DNA of 64,000 nucleotides from Limnochordales bacterium. Lineage in GTDB: Bacteria > Bacillota > Limnochordia > Limnochordales > DUMU01. This document shows, in pieces, positions 25,454-35,753 of the stretch. The notes below the pieces were generated by a model, which made no database searches, was not told the origin of the DNA, and saw only the letters and a list, made by a program, of their open reading frames with translations. A program made the position numbers and the translations under genes. Location: assembly GCA_014896315.1 (NCBI GenBank), contig JADBKP010000001.1:201557-265556 (forward strand), in the 5' to 3' direction. The number at the start of each line of letters is the position of its first letter. Within the stretch, counting starts at the first letter, position 1.

Positions 25454-26671
25454 TCAACTTGTTGCCTGCCGCAGGGTATGCTCAAGTTTATCAGCAAGAA
25501 CACTGAATGAGTCATTATTTTCAACATACATTCTCCCACGCATCCCCATTTCCCACCGCTCTTCATAGCTCATTTCTGCAATCCGGACCGCCGCCTTGGC
25601 CAACTCCGACGGATTTCCCGGGGAAACAGACAGGCCCGCCCTTGCTTCCTCCACAATGTTGAATGGTGTATCAACACAGAACAGCACCGGCCGCGCCGAA
25701 ACCATGTAATCGAATAACTTGTTTGGACTGATTCCCCACCGGAAAAGAGGCGATGTCTTCAAGACCATCAGAAAGGCATCAGCTTCAGCTAGAACTTTGT
25801 AAATGTCCTGCTTCGGCACGGGATCTTCAAAACTCACGTTAGTCAATCGTAGCTCTTGTGATTTTCGAACGAGAGATGGCTTCTCAGGACCATCTCCGAT
25901 TAAGCGAAAGCGAATTCGTTGGGCCCAGCCGTTTTGCTGCAGCAAATACGCTGCTTCTAGGACAACTTCTAAGCCGTTTGCCAAGCCATGAGACCCGGCA
26001 TACATTACGGTGAGTGTGTCGGTCCTACGTGGGGGGGTCGGGGCTGGAATCAGATCAAGATCTATACCGTTTGGTATCCAGTCAACCTTTGATCGCGCAG
26101 CCCCTTTTCGTTGCATGTGGTCACATGCCCCTGGCAGGAGTGTGATTATACGAGTCGCGCGTCGGTACAAATGGCGCTCAATACCTTCGAGCATGGCAAT
26201 AAACGGATGATGCTGGTTAAACCCGCCGAGGTCTATTAGACTTTGCGGCCAAAGATCGCGAACCTCAAACACAAAAGGTACTGCATATCTGGCAGCAAGG
26301 CGTTCTGCAGCTAGCGCTGCGAACAAGTGTGGGCTCGAGCCAAGGATCACATCAGGTTTGCCCAATAGTTGAGGGGACACCAGTCTGTAAACCCGGTGCG
26401 AAAAAGAAAGCATGTTTCTGACCCGCGCAACAGTGTTACCAGCATAGGGGGGCGTGCGCAACCAAAGGAAACGTACTCCGCCAACCGTGTCAAGCTTGTA
26501 GCACTCTCCAGGATTTAAATGAACCTCTCGGCGGGTGGTGTGGTTAAAACTGGAGGCCACAATCGTGACGTTGTGGCCTCTCTGGACCAGATACTTAGCC
26601 AAGGAATAATGTCTGGTCCCTCCGGGGCAATTTGGAGGGACAGCGTAGTGATTGATTATCCAAATATTCAT
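25454..26671 (-). CDS. GT4-family glycosyltransferase (WbuB-like)
   Basis: The track ORF runs to 26983, inside the upstream gene. The ATG at 26671 forms an ATGA overlap with the wecB stop. The N-terminus is 'MNIWIINHYAVPPNCPGGTRHYSLAKYLVQRGHNVTIV'. Confidence 0.85.
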   Translation of the reverse strand: MNIWIINHYAVPPNCPGGTRHYSLAKYLVQRGHNVTIVASSFNHTTRREVHLNPGECYKLDTVGGVRFLWLRTPPYAGNTVARVRNMLSFSHRVYRLVSPQLLGKPDVILGSSPHLFAALAAERLAARYAVPFVFEVRDLWPQSLIDLGGFNQHHPFIAMLEGIERHLYRRATRIITLLPGACDHMQRKGAARSKVDWIPNGIDLDLIPAPTPPRRTDTLTVMYAGSHGLANGLEVVLEAAYLLQQNGWAQRIRFRLIGDGPEKPSLVRKSQELRLTNVSFEDPVPKQDIYKVLAEADAFLMVLKTSPLFRWGISPNKLFDYMVSARPVLFCVDTPFNIVEEARAGLSVSPGNPSELAKAAVRIAEMSYEERWEMGMRGRMYVENNDSFSVLADKLEHTLRQATS

Positions 26672-27756
26672 ACGATTTTCCCACCCAGTCGAGCAACAAT
26701 TTGGCGGGCAGCCGTTCCAACTCCGTAAGGAGTACCTTCTGCCCCTTTTCTTCCTATCATTGCCCTGATGGCCTGTGCCACAACCTTTCCATTCTCCGGA
26801 CAGCACAGCGTGTTCCAACCCAGTTTTACAAGCTCGACCCATTCGGTCTCCGCACGCAGGGTCACACACGGGACACGGTAGAAAAAGGCTTCTTTCTGCA
26901 CACCACCTGAGTCGGTGACAATCAAGCACGCGTGCTTCTCGAGCATCACCATGTCCAAGTAACCTACTGGGTCGATCAAGCATAGATGGATCCGAGCGAC
27001 CTCTATGACTCCGTGCGACTCGAGAGCTTTCCGGGTGCGGGGATGCACTGGAAAAACCACGGGTATATCCGCTGCTACGTGAGCAAGCCCCTCCATTATC
27101 GCCCGGAGACGCCAGGGGTCATCTGTGTTCTCTGCTCGGTGTATAGTAGCGAGGATGTAAGAGCCAGACGCTAATCCCAGGCGGGTCAGGATTTGACTCG
27201 TCCGCTCGGCCTTGTCTCCGTAATAGAGCGCCACGTCATACATCACATCGCCAACCAGGTGGATGCGTGTTTCAGGAATCCCTTCCTTACGTAGGTTGAC
27301 CACAGCGTTCTCAGAGGGAGCAAAGAGTAAATCCGAGATATGGTCTGTAACCGTCCGATTGATCTCCTCAGGCATTCGACGGTTGAATGAGCGCAGCCCT
27401 GCCTCTACGTGAGCGACAGGAATGTGAAGTTTGGCGGCAGCGAGGGCCCCGGCTAGCGTCGAGTTGGTGTCACCGTAGACCAGTACCCAGTCTGGTTTTT
27501 CTTTTAACAGCACCCGTTCGATGTGTTCGAGCATCCTACCCGTTTGGGCTCCATGCGTGCCTGCACCTATTCCCAAGTTGTAATCTGGTTGGGGAATATC
27601 CAGCTCCCGGAAGAACACCTCAGACATGTTCGGGTCGTAGTGCTGCCCTGTGTGCACTAACACCTCCCGAACATCCTCCACACCCCGCAGCAACCGAGAG
27701 ACTGCAGCAGTCTTTATAAACTGAGGGCGAGCGCCTACCACCGTCAGTATTTTCAT
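26668..27756 (-). CDS. wecB: UDP-N-acetylglucosamine 2-epimerase (non-hydrolysing)
   Basis: 362 aa with 'MKILTVVGARPQFIKTAAV', 'HVEAGLRSFNRRMPEEINR' and 'TDSGGVQKEAFF'. Confidence 0.9.
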   Translation of the reverse strand: MKILTVVGARPQFIKTAAVSRLLRGVEDVREVLVHTGQHYDPNMSEVFFRELDIPQPDYNLGIGAGTHGAQTGRMLEHIERVLLKEKPDWVLVYGDTNSTLAGALAAAKLHIPVAHVEAGLRSFNRRMPEEINRTVTDHISDLLFAPSENAVVNLRKEGIPETRIHLVGDVMYDVALYYGDKAERTSQILTRLGLASGSYILATIHRAENTDDPWRLRAIMEGLAHVAADIPVVFPVHPRTRKALESHGVIEVARIHLCLIDPVGYLDMVMLEKHACLIVTDSGGVQKEAFFYRVPCVTLRAETEWVELVKLGWNTLCCPENGKVVAQAIRAMIGRKGAEGTPYGVGTAARQIVARLGGKIV

Positions 27757-28934
27757 CTTGCACCCTTCTCAAAACGAGCTGCCAATTGGTTCACGACTTT
27801 GTCTAGCGCAAACTGCTCCTGGACCCGCGCGCATCCAGTCCTACCCAGCTCTCGGGCTAAATCCTTGTTGTCCATTAAACGCCGGATGGCCTCAGCCAGT
27901 GCTAACGAATCCTTAGGGGGTACCAGCAGCCCCGCACCTCCATCGAGCAGTTCCGGTACACCTCCGGTTCTAGTCGAAATCACTGGGAGACCATAACTCA
28001 TGGCCTCGATCAGCGCAACCGGGATTCCCTCGTGAAGGCTTGGAAGCACTACAGCGTCCACTTGGCGGTCCTCATATAGCTTAAGTAAAGCGTCATGCGG
28101 ACATTGGCCCAGGAATCTCACTCTGTTCTGCAAACCCAGTTTTACCACTTGAGCCTCTAAAGCTTGCCGTAGCTCACCGTCCCCGGCAAGCCAAAGCTCA
28201 ACGTCCCGGTCAAGGAGGGATAATGCTTCGATTAAGTAGACGTGTCCCTTGCGAGGGATTAAGGCAGCTGGACACAGAATGCGAAAAGGCCGTGGCTCCG
28301 AGAAACACCGTGGCTGGTCTGCTAGATTCGTGCTAGGTAACCTCACGCCTAGGTGCAAGACGAAGCTCTTTTGCCGGGAAACGCCCTGTGAAAGCGCCAT
28401 CTGCAAGCCGCTCTGTGAGATGAACCGAGCAAACGTCGCGTGCGCACTCTTCCTGGCAATCAGATTGCCTTCAATTATATCCCAACGGTGGGCTGTAAAG
28501 CTCCACGGTACACCAGACACCTCGCTCGCAACCATGGCTAGACTTGCAGACGTTGATGCCCAATGAGCATGAATGTGCTGGGCCTTCCAATGGCGGGCCA
28601 GTTGCGCCAACCAGAGTCCCTTAGGATAAGCACAGAGGTTCTTCATAAGATGGACCGGATTGACAGTTACCAAGAGCCTGAGAGCCCGAACACATTTCCA
28701 TGGCGCACGTTGAAATTCCCGGGCAGCGCTCCGAACAATAGTCCATGAGATTACCGGCTGCACCAAAGCCGGGTCCACGAGGTCCTCGGCACCCTCATGG
28801 ATCAGCTTGCCCCGGGGGTAAAGAGGCACCACCCCCACTGTATGGCCTTGCCGGCGGAGCTCATGTATTTCAGGGATAATGAAAGTTTCGGCAGAACCGA
28901 ATGGAAGGCTAGAAGTAACGTACAGCACTCTCAT
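27753..28934 (-). CDS. GT4-family glycosyltransferase
   Basis: 393 aa with 'HEGIPVALIEAMSYGLPVISTRTGGVPELL' (the E-x7-E region). It overlaps both neighbouring genes by 4 nt. Confidence 0.85.
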   Translation of the reverse strand: MRVLYVTSSLPFGSAETFIIPEIHELRRQGHTVGVVPLYPRGKLIHEGAEDLVDPALVQPVISWTIVRSAAREFQRAPWKCVRALRLLVTVNPVHLMKNLCAYPKGLWLAQLARHWKAQHIHAHWASTSASLAMVASEVSGVPWSFTAHRWDIIEGNLIARKSAHATFARFISQSGLQMALSQGVSRQKSFVLHLGVRLPSTNLADQPRCFSEPRPFRILCPAALIPRKGHVYLIEALSLLDRDVELWLAGDGELRQALEAQVVKLGLQNRVRFLGQCPHDALLKLYEDRQVDAVVLPSLHEGIPVALIEAMSYGLPVISTRTGGVPELLDGGAGLLVPPKDSLALAEAIRRLMDNKDLARELGRTGCARVQEQFALDKVVNQLAARFEKGAR

Positions 28935-29932
28935 TCTAAAATCACCTTTGGTGGATTCTTGACTTTTTGGTATGCCTTGAGGATCACGGCCCGTATACGA
29001 TTTACTTGAAGGGATTCCTGGCGAATGAAAATACGGCGAATTTCTCCAAAGGCGCTTGAGTATTTCGGAAAGGTCTTCTCCAGAGCAATAAGCTGGGCGA
29101 CATGTAGGCGGTGATAGAACGGACTAGCGAGATTGCCTGACAGATCGTAGTAGGACCAGTAGCCTGCATTGTACCGTGGCAGATAGGTAACTAGGGTTTT
29201 CAAACTTTCTTCCAGAAGAACTGCCGCACCCACGTCTCGGTCAACAAGCAGATAGTCATACAGTCCGAAGAGACCAAAAATCCAACCATTGAGAACGCCG
29301 TTCGGTTCTGGGTACGGCACCTCCTCAAGGATTGAGCCCTCTGGTACCACCCGACGCGTACCCCCCTGCTCAACAGTTGTACAAAGGGGGCCGAGGGCTA
29401 GCCTAGCCGCCTCCAAAAAGACACGTTGGCCTGAGCACATATGTGCTCTTACCAAAATAGATATGCCTTGGCCCTGGGTCATGGCAGAATATGGCGAGGG
29501 AAGGTTCATCCCCAATAGGGGCCAAACACTCCACCCTCCCTTATCATCTTGAGTCTTAACCGCCCAGTCAGCGATTAGCAAAAAGGCGTTTTTGTTTTCA
29601 TCCTCCGCCATTCCTTGCTCCAACCACCTATCCCAATGTCCGAGAGCCTTCTGAAACAGGGTGGTAGGGAAGTGTACCAAGGAGCGTCCGTTCACCCGGT
29701 TGAGAGGGAGACCACGGTCGTCTACCGGACCCGCCCATGCTGTCTTGGCAGTCAGGTCGTTAAAATAACCACGGAGCTCGCCCTCGACAAAGTGCTTTCC
29801 CATTTGTTGTGCGACATGCCAATAACTGCGCCCTTTCAACATTTCTCCCCATCGCGCCAGCAACCTGGCATAAAGCTTGACTCTGTCCGCGGCTTCTAGC
29901 ACGTTCCTCATAACGCCATCTGCACTCCACAA
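28931..29932 (-). CDS. D-glucuronyl C5-epimerase C-terminal-domain family protein
   Basis: 333 aa. 'YSAMTQGQGISILVRAH' and 'VLNGWIFGLFGLYDY' match my memory of the C5-epim_C (PF06662) conserved blocks. The start could also be the ATG at 29911. Confidence 0.65.
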   Translation of the reverse strand: MWSADGVMRNVLEAADRVKLYARLLARWGEMLKGRSYWHVAQQMGKHFVEGELRGYFNDLTAKTAWAGPVDDRGLPLNRVNGRSLVHFPTTLFQKALGHWDRWLEQGMAEDENKNAFLLIADWAVKTQDDKGGWSVWPLLGMNLPSPYSAMTQGQGISILVRAHMCSGQRVFLEAARLALGPLCTTVEQGGTRRVVPEGSILEEVPYPEPNGVLNGWIFGLFGLYDYLLVDRDVGAAVLLEESLKTLVTYLPRYNAGYWSYYDLSGNLASPFYHRLHVAQLIALEKTFPKYSSAFGEIRRIFIRQESLQVNRIRAVILKAYQKVKNPPKVILE

Positions 29933-30134
29933 CTAAGAACCAGTCCAGCAGCGCACCCTTACAGGGCTTGGTGCGCAAGCACTGCCTCACCGCGCACGGG
30001 CCCGATACTTACTGCACCAGGCTGCACCACGCCGACTTTTGGGTGACCAAGGGCAAATCTGCAAACCTTTGACTCCAATTCCGAGGTCACTTGAAACGAC
30101 AGTCACACAGTTTACCGCTTGAGGCCTTTTCCTA

Positions 30135-31716
30135 GAGTCTGTCCAAGTATTTCCTTGCTCCTTGACAGGTGAACTGGCAACCCGCTCGTTTCAGTCATAT
30201 CAAGAGCCCGACGGGGTCGCATGGTCCTGCGATCCAGTCAATACATGATGGGGGGTTAACCATCATGCCCAGGTAGCTGCCGCCCGCATGCCCCGTATCG
30301 TGTCCAGCACGTAGCTCGGGAACAGGGCCAGCTTCCGAAGATTGTGCCCAATGGCTACACAGATCCACTCTACGTTGACCTTCTTCAAGCCCCGAGTCAG
30401 AAATTGGGTGAAGCGCAGCCCACGTTTGATTTGACCGATCACTGGCTCTACCGTCTTCATCCGCTTGGCATATAACTCCCTGCCGAGCTTGGTCCGCAGC
30501 TTGCGACGCATACGGTCAGGATAGGAAAGATTCGCGGGAATCCTGCCTTTGGGCGCGGGATCCAACTTTTGGCCATGCCGCATCTTGTCAGGCGGCACAA
30601 GAACGTTGATACCTTTATCTTCCAAAGTCTGGAGTTCCATCTGGCTAAAATAGCCTGCGTCAGCGAGAACGGTATCGGGAGTTCGGCCGCCAAGCTGCCG
30701 CGTCATTTCTACCATTGGCGTCAGAAGGCCCTTGTCGTTGCTCTGATTGGTCACCATCACTGCTACAATGATCTGGTTGTCGCCATCCACAGCTAGCTGT
30801 GCGTTATATGCCTGGATGAATGCTTTGTCCGCCGAGAGCATGATACGAGATTCGGGATCCGTAAAGTTACGCTGTGCTTTCGGATCAGGCGTTGCCGGGG
30901 GTTGATCAGACGGCGGTGTCGGCTTGTCGGGATCGGAATGGTCATCTGATCCCGACTTGCGTGCCTCCTCGGCTTTGGCTTCGGCCTCCAATGCCGCTAT
31001 AGCTTCCCTGATCTTGGCCAACCGTTTCTGCCGGAACGCCAGCTCGGAAGGGATATCATCCTGCCGGTCGGGCCCGAACTCCTCATCCTCTTGCCGGTCG
31101 ATAGCCTCCGCTTTGGCCATCAGCTCTCTAATCTCGGCCTCCAGCCTTTCCATCTCTTGCTTCAATCGCCCGTAGCTCATCGCCTTGTGTTTGGAAGCGT
31201 TCGCCTTCACCTTGGTACCGTCAATGCTTACATGGCGTAAGGTTGCGATGCCGGCCTTGCGTGCTACCTGTACCAACTGGGCGAAGAGGTGAATCATTTC
31301 TTCGCGGTGACGCTGGCGGAAGTTATTGATCGTACGGAAATCCGGCTGCGTGTTGGCGGAGAGATACCGGAAGGCCACGTCGTCGTACAGACGGCGGGCA
31401 ATCTGCCGGGAGGACAAAGTCCCGGTCGCCAGGGCGTAGAAGAGAACTTTCACCATCATCCGGGGATTGTAGGGCGGCTGCCCCCTGAGGCTCTTCTCCT
31501 CGTACCACCGGGTGATCGGGGTCAGATCCATCTCGTCCACCAGGTCGTTGATAAAGCGGGCGAGGTGACCCTCAGGCAACCAATCCTCCAGGGACGGAGG
31601 CAACAGCATCATCTGATCAGGTTGATACTCTTTGTACCGCTTGCTCATACTAAAGAAATTCCCCATCCCCCTTGATTTTTCCTGGTCCCCGCGGAGAAAT
31701 ACTTGGACAAACTCCT
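30135..31716 (-). mobile_element. IS1182-family insertion sequence
   Basis: Inverted repeats: GAGTCTGTCCAAGTATTTCC at 30135, and the reverse complement of 31694-31716, GGAGTTTGTCCAAGTATTTCTC. They enclose the transposase gene. The outer limits are approximate. Confidence 0.65.
30263..31666 (-). CDS. IS1182-family DDE transposase
   Basis: 467 aa. 'MSKRYKEYQPDQMMLLPPSLEDWLPEGHLARF' is the characteristic N-terminus, and the C-terminal DDE region includes 'LADAGYFS'. The start could be 31648. Confidence 0.85.
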   Translation of the reverse strand: MGNFFSMSKRYKEYQPDQMMLLPPSLEDWLPEGHLARFINDLVDEMDLTPITRWYEEKSLRGQPPYNPRMMVKVLFYALATGTLSSRQIARRLYDDVAFRYLSANTQPDFRTINNFRQRHREEMIHLFAQLVQVARKAGIATLRHVSIDGTKVKANASKHKAMSYGRLKQEMERLEAEIRELMAKAEAIDRQEDEEFGPDRQDDIPSELAFRQKRLAKIREAIAALEAEAKAEEARKSGSDDHSDPDKPTPPSDQPPATPDPKAQRNFTDPESRIMLSADKAFIQAYNAQLAVDGDNQIIVAVMVTNQSNDKGLLTPMVEMTRQLGGRTPDTVLADAGYFSQMELQTLEDKGINVLVPPDKMRHGQKLDPAPKGRIPANLSYPDRMRRKLRTKLGRELYAKRMKTVEPVIGQIKRGLRFTQFLTRGLKKVNVEWICVAIGHNLRKLALFPSYVLDTIRGMRAAATWA

Positions 31717-31977
31717 GATATGAACGAGGCCGTCAAGCCCCGCAGTATAAACATTGGCCGGAGTGGATTCAGGGGCCGGGCTACGTCGACGGTTGGCAGC
31801 CTGATATCCGCGGGTTGGTTACCGCACCACATACCTCCGTCGGGGAGCAGCCTCTGACTAGCAACGCGCGTTTGGCTATGCCTAGCGCTTAGGAGTTCTC
31901 GAGGATCCTCCCATTCCCGGGACCCTGCGCCCCTGTACACTCCAACCAAGACCAAACTGCCTTAGCTTTCTGGGTGT

Positions 31978-33099
31978 CTAGGCCGCCATCGTTCTCCTGG
32001 TTTCCTCCACCTTGCAGGCAATCGCCCAAACAAAACCTAACAGTTCTCTTGCCACAGCCGTGGCGGCTACAGCCGGGCTTTTGCCGCGAAGGACCAATCT
32101 GTGGTATTTGCGACGTAGTCGATTCTGGGCCTTCCAGGCGATAGCCTGGAGTTGTGGGTTTTGTCCTTCCTGACGTCTGCGCAAACCACCCTTAAGGGCT
32201 GGGGCATAACGGTAGCTCCAGGCAGCTTCAAGGAGCACTCGTCGGACGTGGGCGTTGCCCGCTTTGGTAATTCCACCTTTGCGTGTGGTACCCCCGCTCG
32301 AGTGCTCTCTGGGCGTTACCCCAGCAAACGCCATTAGCTGGCGTGGATTGGTAAACCGCGAAAACTCTCCAATCTCAGCCACTAATGTGACCGCAGTGAC
32401 CTCCGCTACTCCTCGTAATGTCTCCAAAGCCTGGATCACTGGCGCATGTACGCTATTGGAAGCTTGCTCATGGATCTCCGCTTCCAAACGCTTGACCCTC
32501 TCCGTGATCTCGTCGATAGCGTGCAGATACTCCTGGAAGGTCACCTGCAATGCCTTGTTTTCAAAGTGCAGCCCATCCAGCCACCTTCTATGGGCTGCCC
32601 CCCAAGGTTTAACCCTTTCAGGAGCATATAGCCCGTGACGCAGCAAGAACTTCGACAAGCGGTGGCGTGCCGCTAACAAATCCTTCTTGGCATCTTCACG
32701 AGCCCGGGTGAGATCCCGCAATGCTTCATCCTCTTCTCCAGGCACCCAAACCGCTGTTAACTCGCCCGCACGTAGAAGCTGTGCCAGACGCAACGCATCC
32801 CGGCGATCGGTCTTGACCCTATCGCCAGGCCTAACTGGGGTCAGCGAGGGAGCAACAACGATGCACTGAATGCCCATCCTGGTCAACTGACGGTACAGAT
32901 CATACCCCGTCGGCCATGCCTCATAGCAGACAAGAAGCTCTTTCGGGTCACCCAGCTTGCGCATGAGCTTGCTCACCGCCTCTGGACAATTGGGGATCTT
33001 TCCCCAATACCGAGGGGCTTCCCGGCCATGGTCCGCTACCGCCACGTCCACGCTCTTCTTCGATACGTCCAAACCAACGTACTTTGTGATACTCTTCAT
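31978..33099 (-). CDS. IS110-family transposase
   Basis: The track ORF runs to 33153. The ATG at 33099 lies 8 nt after AAGGGAG. 'MKSITKYVGLDVSKKSVDVAV' is the DEDD N-terminus, with a C-terminal 'GVTPREHSSGGTTRKGGITKAGNAHVRR'. Element ends were not determined. Confidence 0.85.
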   Translation of the reverse strand: MKSITKYVGLDVSKKSVDVAVADHGREAPRYWGKIPNCPEAVSKLMRKLGDPKELLVCYEAWPTGYDLYRQLTRMGIQCIVVAPSLTPVRPGDRVKTDRRDALRLAQLLRAGELTAVWVPGEEDEALRDLTRAREDAKKDLLAARHRLSKFLLRHGLYAPERVKPWGAAHRRWLDGLHFENKALQVTFQEYLHAIDEITERVKRLEAEIHEQASNSVHAPVIQALETLRGVAEVTAVTLVAEIGEFSRFTNPRQLMAFAGVTPREHSSGGTTRKGGITKAGNAHVRRVLLEAAWSYRYAPALKGGLRRRQEGQNPQLQAIAWKAQNRLRRKYHRLVLRGKSPAVAATAVARELLGFVWAIACKVEETRRTMAA

Positions 33100-33545
33100 G
33101 GTACCGGCTCCCTTCATTTGTGGCTCTGTCCTGGTGTGCGGTATCGCACGCATCCAGGATAACCCACGTAGCGTGAAGCGGAGCCGGCCTCGTTCATTAT
33201 GACTAGAGCGAAACTGAACCCCCGCGCGAGCAACCTTCGGTCCCTAAGGGGGATTCACCGGCCTTCCTGGGCCTACACTTGTTTGCCGGCGCCGGCATCA
33301 GCAACTTCCAGCTACCTGTCAATTGCCAGCCGTCGCACTCCGTAGCTCACTTGATGTCATCTGATCCTCGGGCTGTCTCCACGCCGCGACTGTATACCGA
33401 GAGCGTGAAAACTACCCCCACACGGCATCCTTCACGTCATTGTTGGGTATTGGTCATCTGACGATTACCTTCCTGCCTGACTCTGGCCAAATGATTACCG
33501 AGACCAACTCGGCGTACCACTTGCTCAAAGTCTTAGGCTTAGCGA

Positions 33546-34460
33546 TTAACCACTGTGATGCCTCTGTCGCACACCCCACCATACACCCTCAAGCAACCCT
33601 CTGACATATAATGGCGCCTTTCGAATGCGATTTCTTTCTAACGCCAACCGCAGCCCATAAGCAAAGCACACTAAGGGTACGTCGACGAGTAAGAAGCGCG
33701 ACAGGCCATGCTTTTGGCGCCTCCTTATCAAAGCATTTCTCGGATAGTGACGGGCCTTCCAATCTGGAAGATCCCATGCGGTAACGTAACCCATCAATGG
33801 GATTCTTACCAAACGGCATGGCATTGGTGGGTGAAGCACGTTCGCCTCTGCGTCTATCACAATGTCAAAGCCGCGCTCCCGGACTCTCTCTCCGTACCAT
33901 GTCTCCTCGCCACTCCAAAACCTTGCATCCGGCAACCCAACCGCCTCTATTATACTCCGGCTCAACAGACTGCCATTAAAATGAACCTTGTTGGTAGGTA
34001 CTAGCCTCCCAAACGTTTGGATAAACTCCTCCTTCGTCCTAATTATCCTACCGTTATGAACCCGCGCGGCAATGAGTGCACCTCTCGCGTCACTAATTGG
34101 GAGTGCGTTAACAACAGCGATACTGTTCAGTTCCAGCATAGTCCGTACAAGTGTTTGCAAGCAAGACGGAAGGGCTACACTATCATCGTCGCTAATAAAG
34201 ACGGCGTCCGCCCCGGCCCGGAGGGCCTCCTCCATCCCGATGGCAAGTGCGCCGTCAACGCCGCAATTCCGGTCTAGCCTAATCCACCTAGCGTTCGGAT
34301 ACTGAGCCACAACGCGCCCCGTTTCGTCTGTACTACCATTGTCAACAACAACCACATGTGCAAGGGGCAGTAGCTGCTCTCTTAGAGATTCCAAACAGGT
34401 GGCCAGGAGACGTGCTCTATTACGAGTAGGTATGACCGCTATTACCTTCATTTTTCTCAC
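33546..34460 (-). CDS. GT2-family glycosyltransferase
   Basis: 304 aa with 'IAVIPTRNRARLLATCLESL', 'VVVVDNGSTDETG' and 'FISDDDS'. Confidence 0.85.
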   Translation of the reverse strand: MRKMKVIAVIPTRNRARLLATCLESLREQLLPLAHVVVVDNGSTDETGRVVAQYPNARWIRLDRNCGVDGALAIGMEEALRAGADAVFISDDDSVALPSCLQTLVRTMLELNSIAVVNALPISDARGALIAARVHNGRIIRTKEEFIQTFGRLVPTNKVHFNGSLLSRSIIEAVGLPDARFWSGEETWYGERVRERGFDIVIDAEANVLHPPMPCRLVRIPLMGYVTAWDLPDWKARHYPRNALIRRRQKHGLSRFLLVDVPLVCFAYGLRLALERNRIRKAPLYVRGLLEGVWWGVRQRHHSG

Positions 34461-34478
34461 TTGGAGCGGTGCGAAGAT

Positions 34479-35753
34479 TCAGTTACGCGCTACACTCCGT
34501 CGCTTCGCCAGCAACCGTTCGTATAGAAGTTCATAGCCGTCTATCATGCCTTTGGCCGAGAACCGAGCACTAGCGCGTTCTTCAGCGGACCTTCCCATCG
34601 CCTCACGAACTGCAGAGTTAGTAAGCTGCACCATGGCACGGACCAGCGCGCCCTCGTCTCCAGCCCTAATCAATATCCCTGACCTACCATCCTCTATTAG
34701 CTCGGGTACTCCTCCAACCGCTGTTGCAATGACAGGTTTCCCAGCCGCCATCGCTTCCATAACGGCGAGAGGATTGCCTTCCCAGTCGGATGCGAGCACA
34801 AAAACATCCGACGCACATAGCACTTTTGGAGTGTCTCTTCGAAACCCCAGGAACGAAACGCGGCTACTGACTCCCAACTCGGAAGCCAGTGATTCCAGCT
34901 GCGGTCTCTCCGGTCCGTCTCCAGCAAGAAGTAGTCTAGCATGCGGCGCTTGTGCCACCACTCTAGCAAACGCCCTCAAGAGAAGCCTGTGATTCTTCTG
35001 TGGCCTCAGACTAGCTACACACACAAACACTATTTCCTCAGAGGAAAGCCCAAGCTCCTGCCTCCACTGGTTTCTCATGCCGCGCAAACTTCTGTACGCG
35101 TGAACATCTATCCCATTTGGTATTACGACAGGTTCATTGATTTTATACAACTCTTTCAAGCCTTCAGCAACGCGGCTTGCAATGGCTACCGGAACAACTC
35201 CCCGGCTAAAACAAATACGGTGAATAAGTAACCCGATTCTATCAACCTCTTTCTCCGGCACATTATGGACAGTATGCACCACTATCCAGTCGTGGCGACC
35301 AAAGAGGAACGGAAACAGGTACCGCAATACATACTTATGCGTGTGGACAATGTCGGGCCTGTATTCGCGCAGAACTCGCGATAGCCTCCAGTACATTCGC
35401 GGGTCAAATCCGACGTGCTTGCCCAAATACCATACAGGAACTGAGGCTCGGTCAATGGCTTCTTGGACGTCAGTCGTAGTGCGACCAAAAAGGCTGACTG
35501 CTGCGACGTCGTATCTGCTTCTATCTATACCCACTATCAGGCTGGAAACAATTCGTTCCGCTCCGCCCGACCCAAAATTCGGTATCACGTACAAGACTCG
35601 CGGTCTTCTTCCGTATAATACTTCAATAGCCACGTTCCACACGTCGCCGTTAAATTGGTGTGGCTGCTTCACCACGATGCACCACCAAGTTGAGGCTACT
35701 ATAAGAAATGCCCCCGGAGTACAAGGCGACAATCGAACCACGGGCAGAGCCAT
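34479..35753 (-). CDS. GT4-family glycosyltransferase (start uncertain)
   Basis: 'RVLYVIPNFGSGGAERIV' and 'DWEGNPLAVMEAMAAGKPVIATAVGGVPELI'. The first ~55 codons of the track ORF look non-native. Confidence 0.8.
   Translation of the reverse strand: MALPVVRLSPCTPGAFLIVASTWWCIVVKQPHQFNGDVWNVAIEVLYGRRPRVLYVIPNFGSGGAERIVSSLIVGIDRSRYDVAAVSLFGRTTTDVQEAIDRASVPVWYLGKHVGFDPRMYWRLSRVLREYRPDIVHTHKYVLRYLFPFLFGRHDWIVVHTVHNVPEKEVDRIGLLIHRICFSRGVVPVAIASRVAEGLKELYKINEPVVIPNGIDVHAYRSLRGMRNQWRQELGLSSEEIVFVCVASLRPQKNHRLLLRAFARVVAQAPHARLLLAGDGPERPQLESLASELGVSSRVSFLGFRRDTPKVLCASDVFVLASDWEGNPLAVMEAMAAGKPVIATAVGGVPELIEDGRSGILIRAGDEGALVRAMVQLTNSAVREAMGRSAEERASARFSAKGMIDGYELLYERLLAKRRSVARN

Noticed and set aside
25454-26983. 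N-terminal 104-codon extension of the WbuB-like glycosyltransferase, and the similar 49-codon extension of 4055..5269
   Set aside because: The extensions lie inside the upstream genes in another frame. Internal ATGs with an ATGA overlap (26671) or a GAGGAGGTG site (5122) give canonical N-termini.
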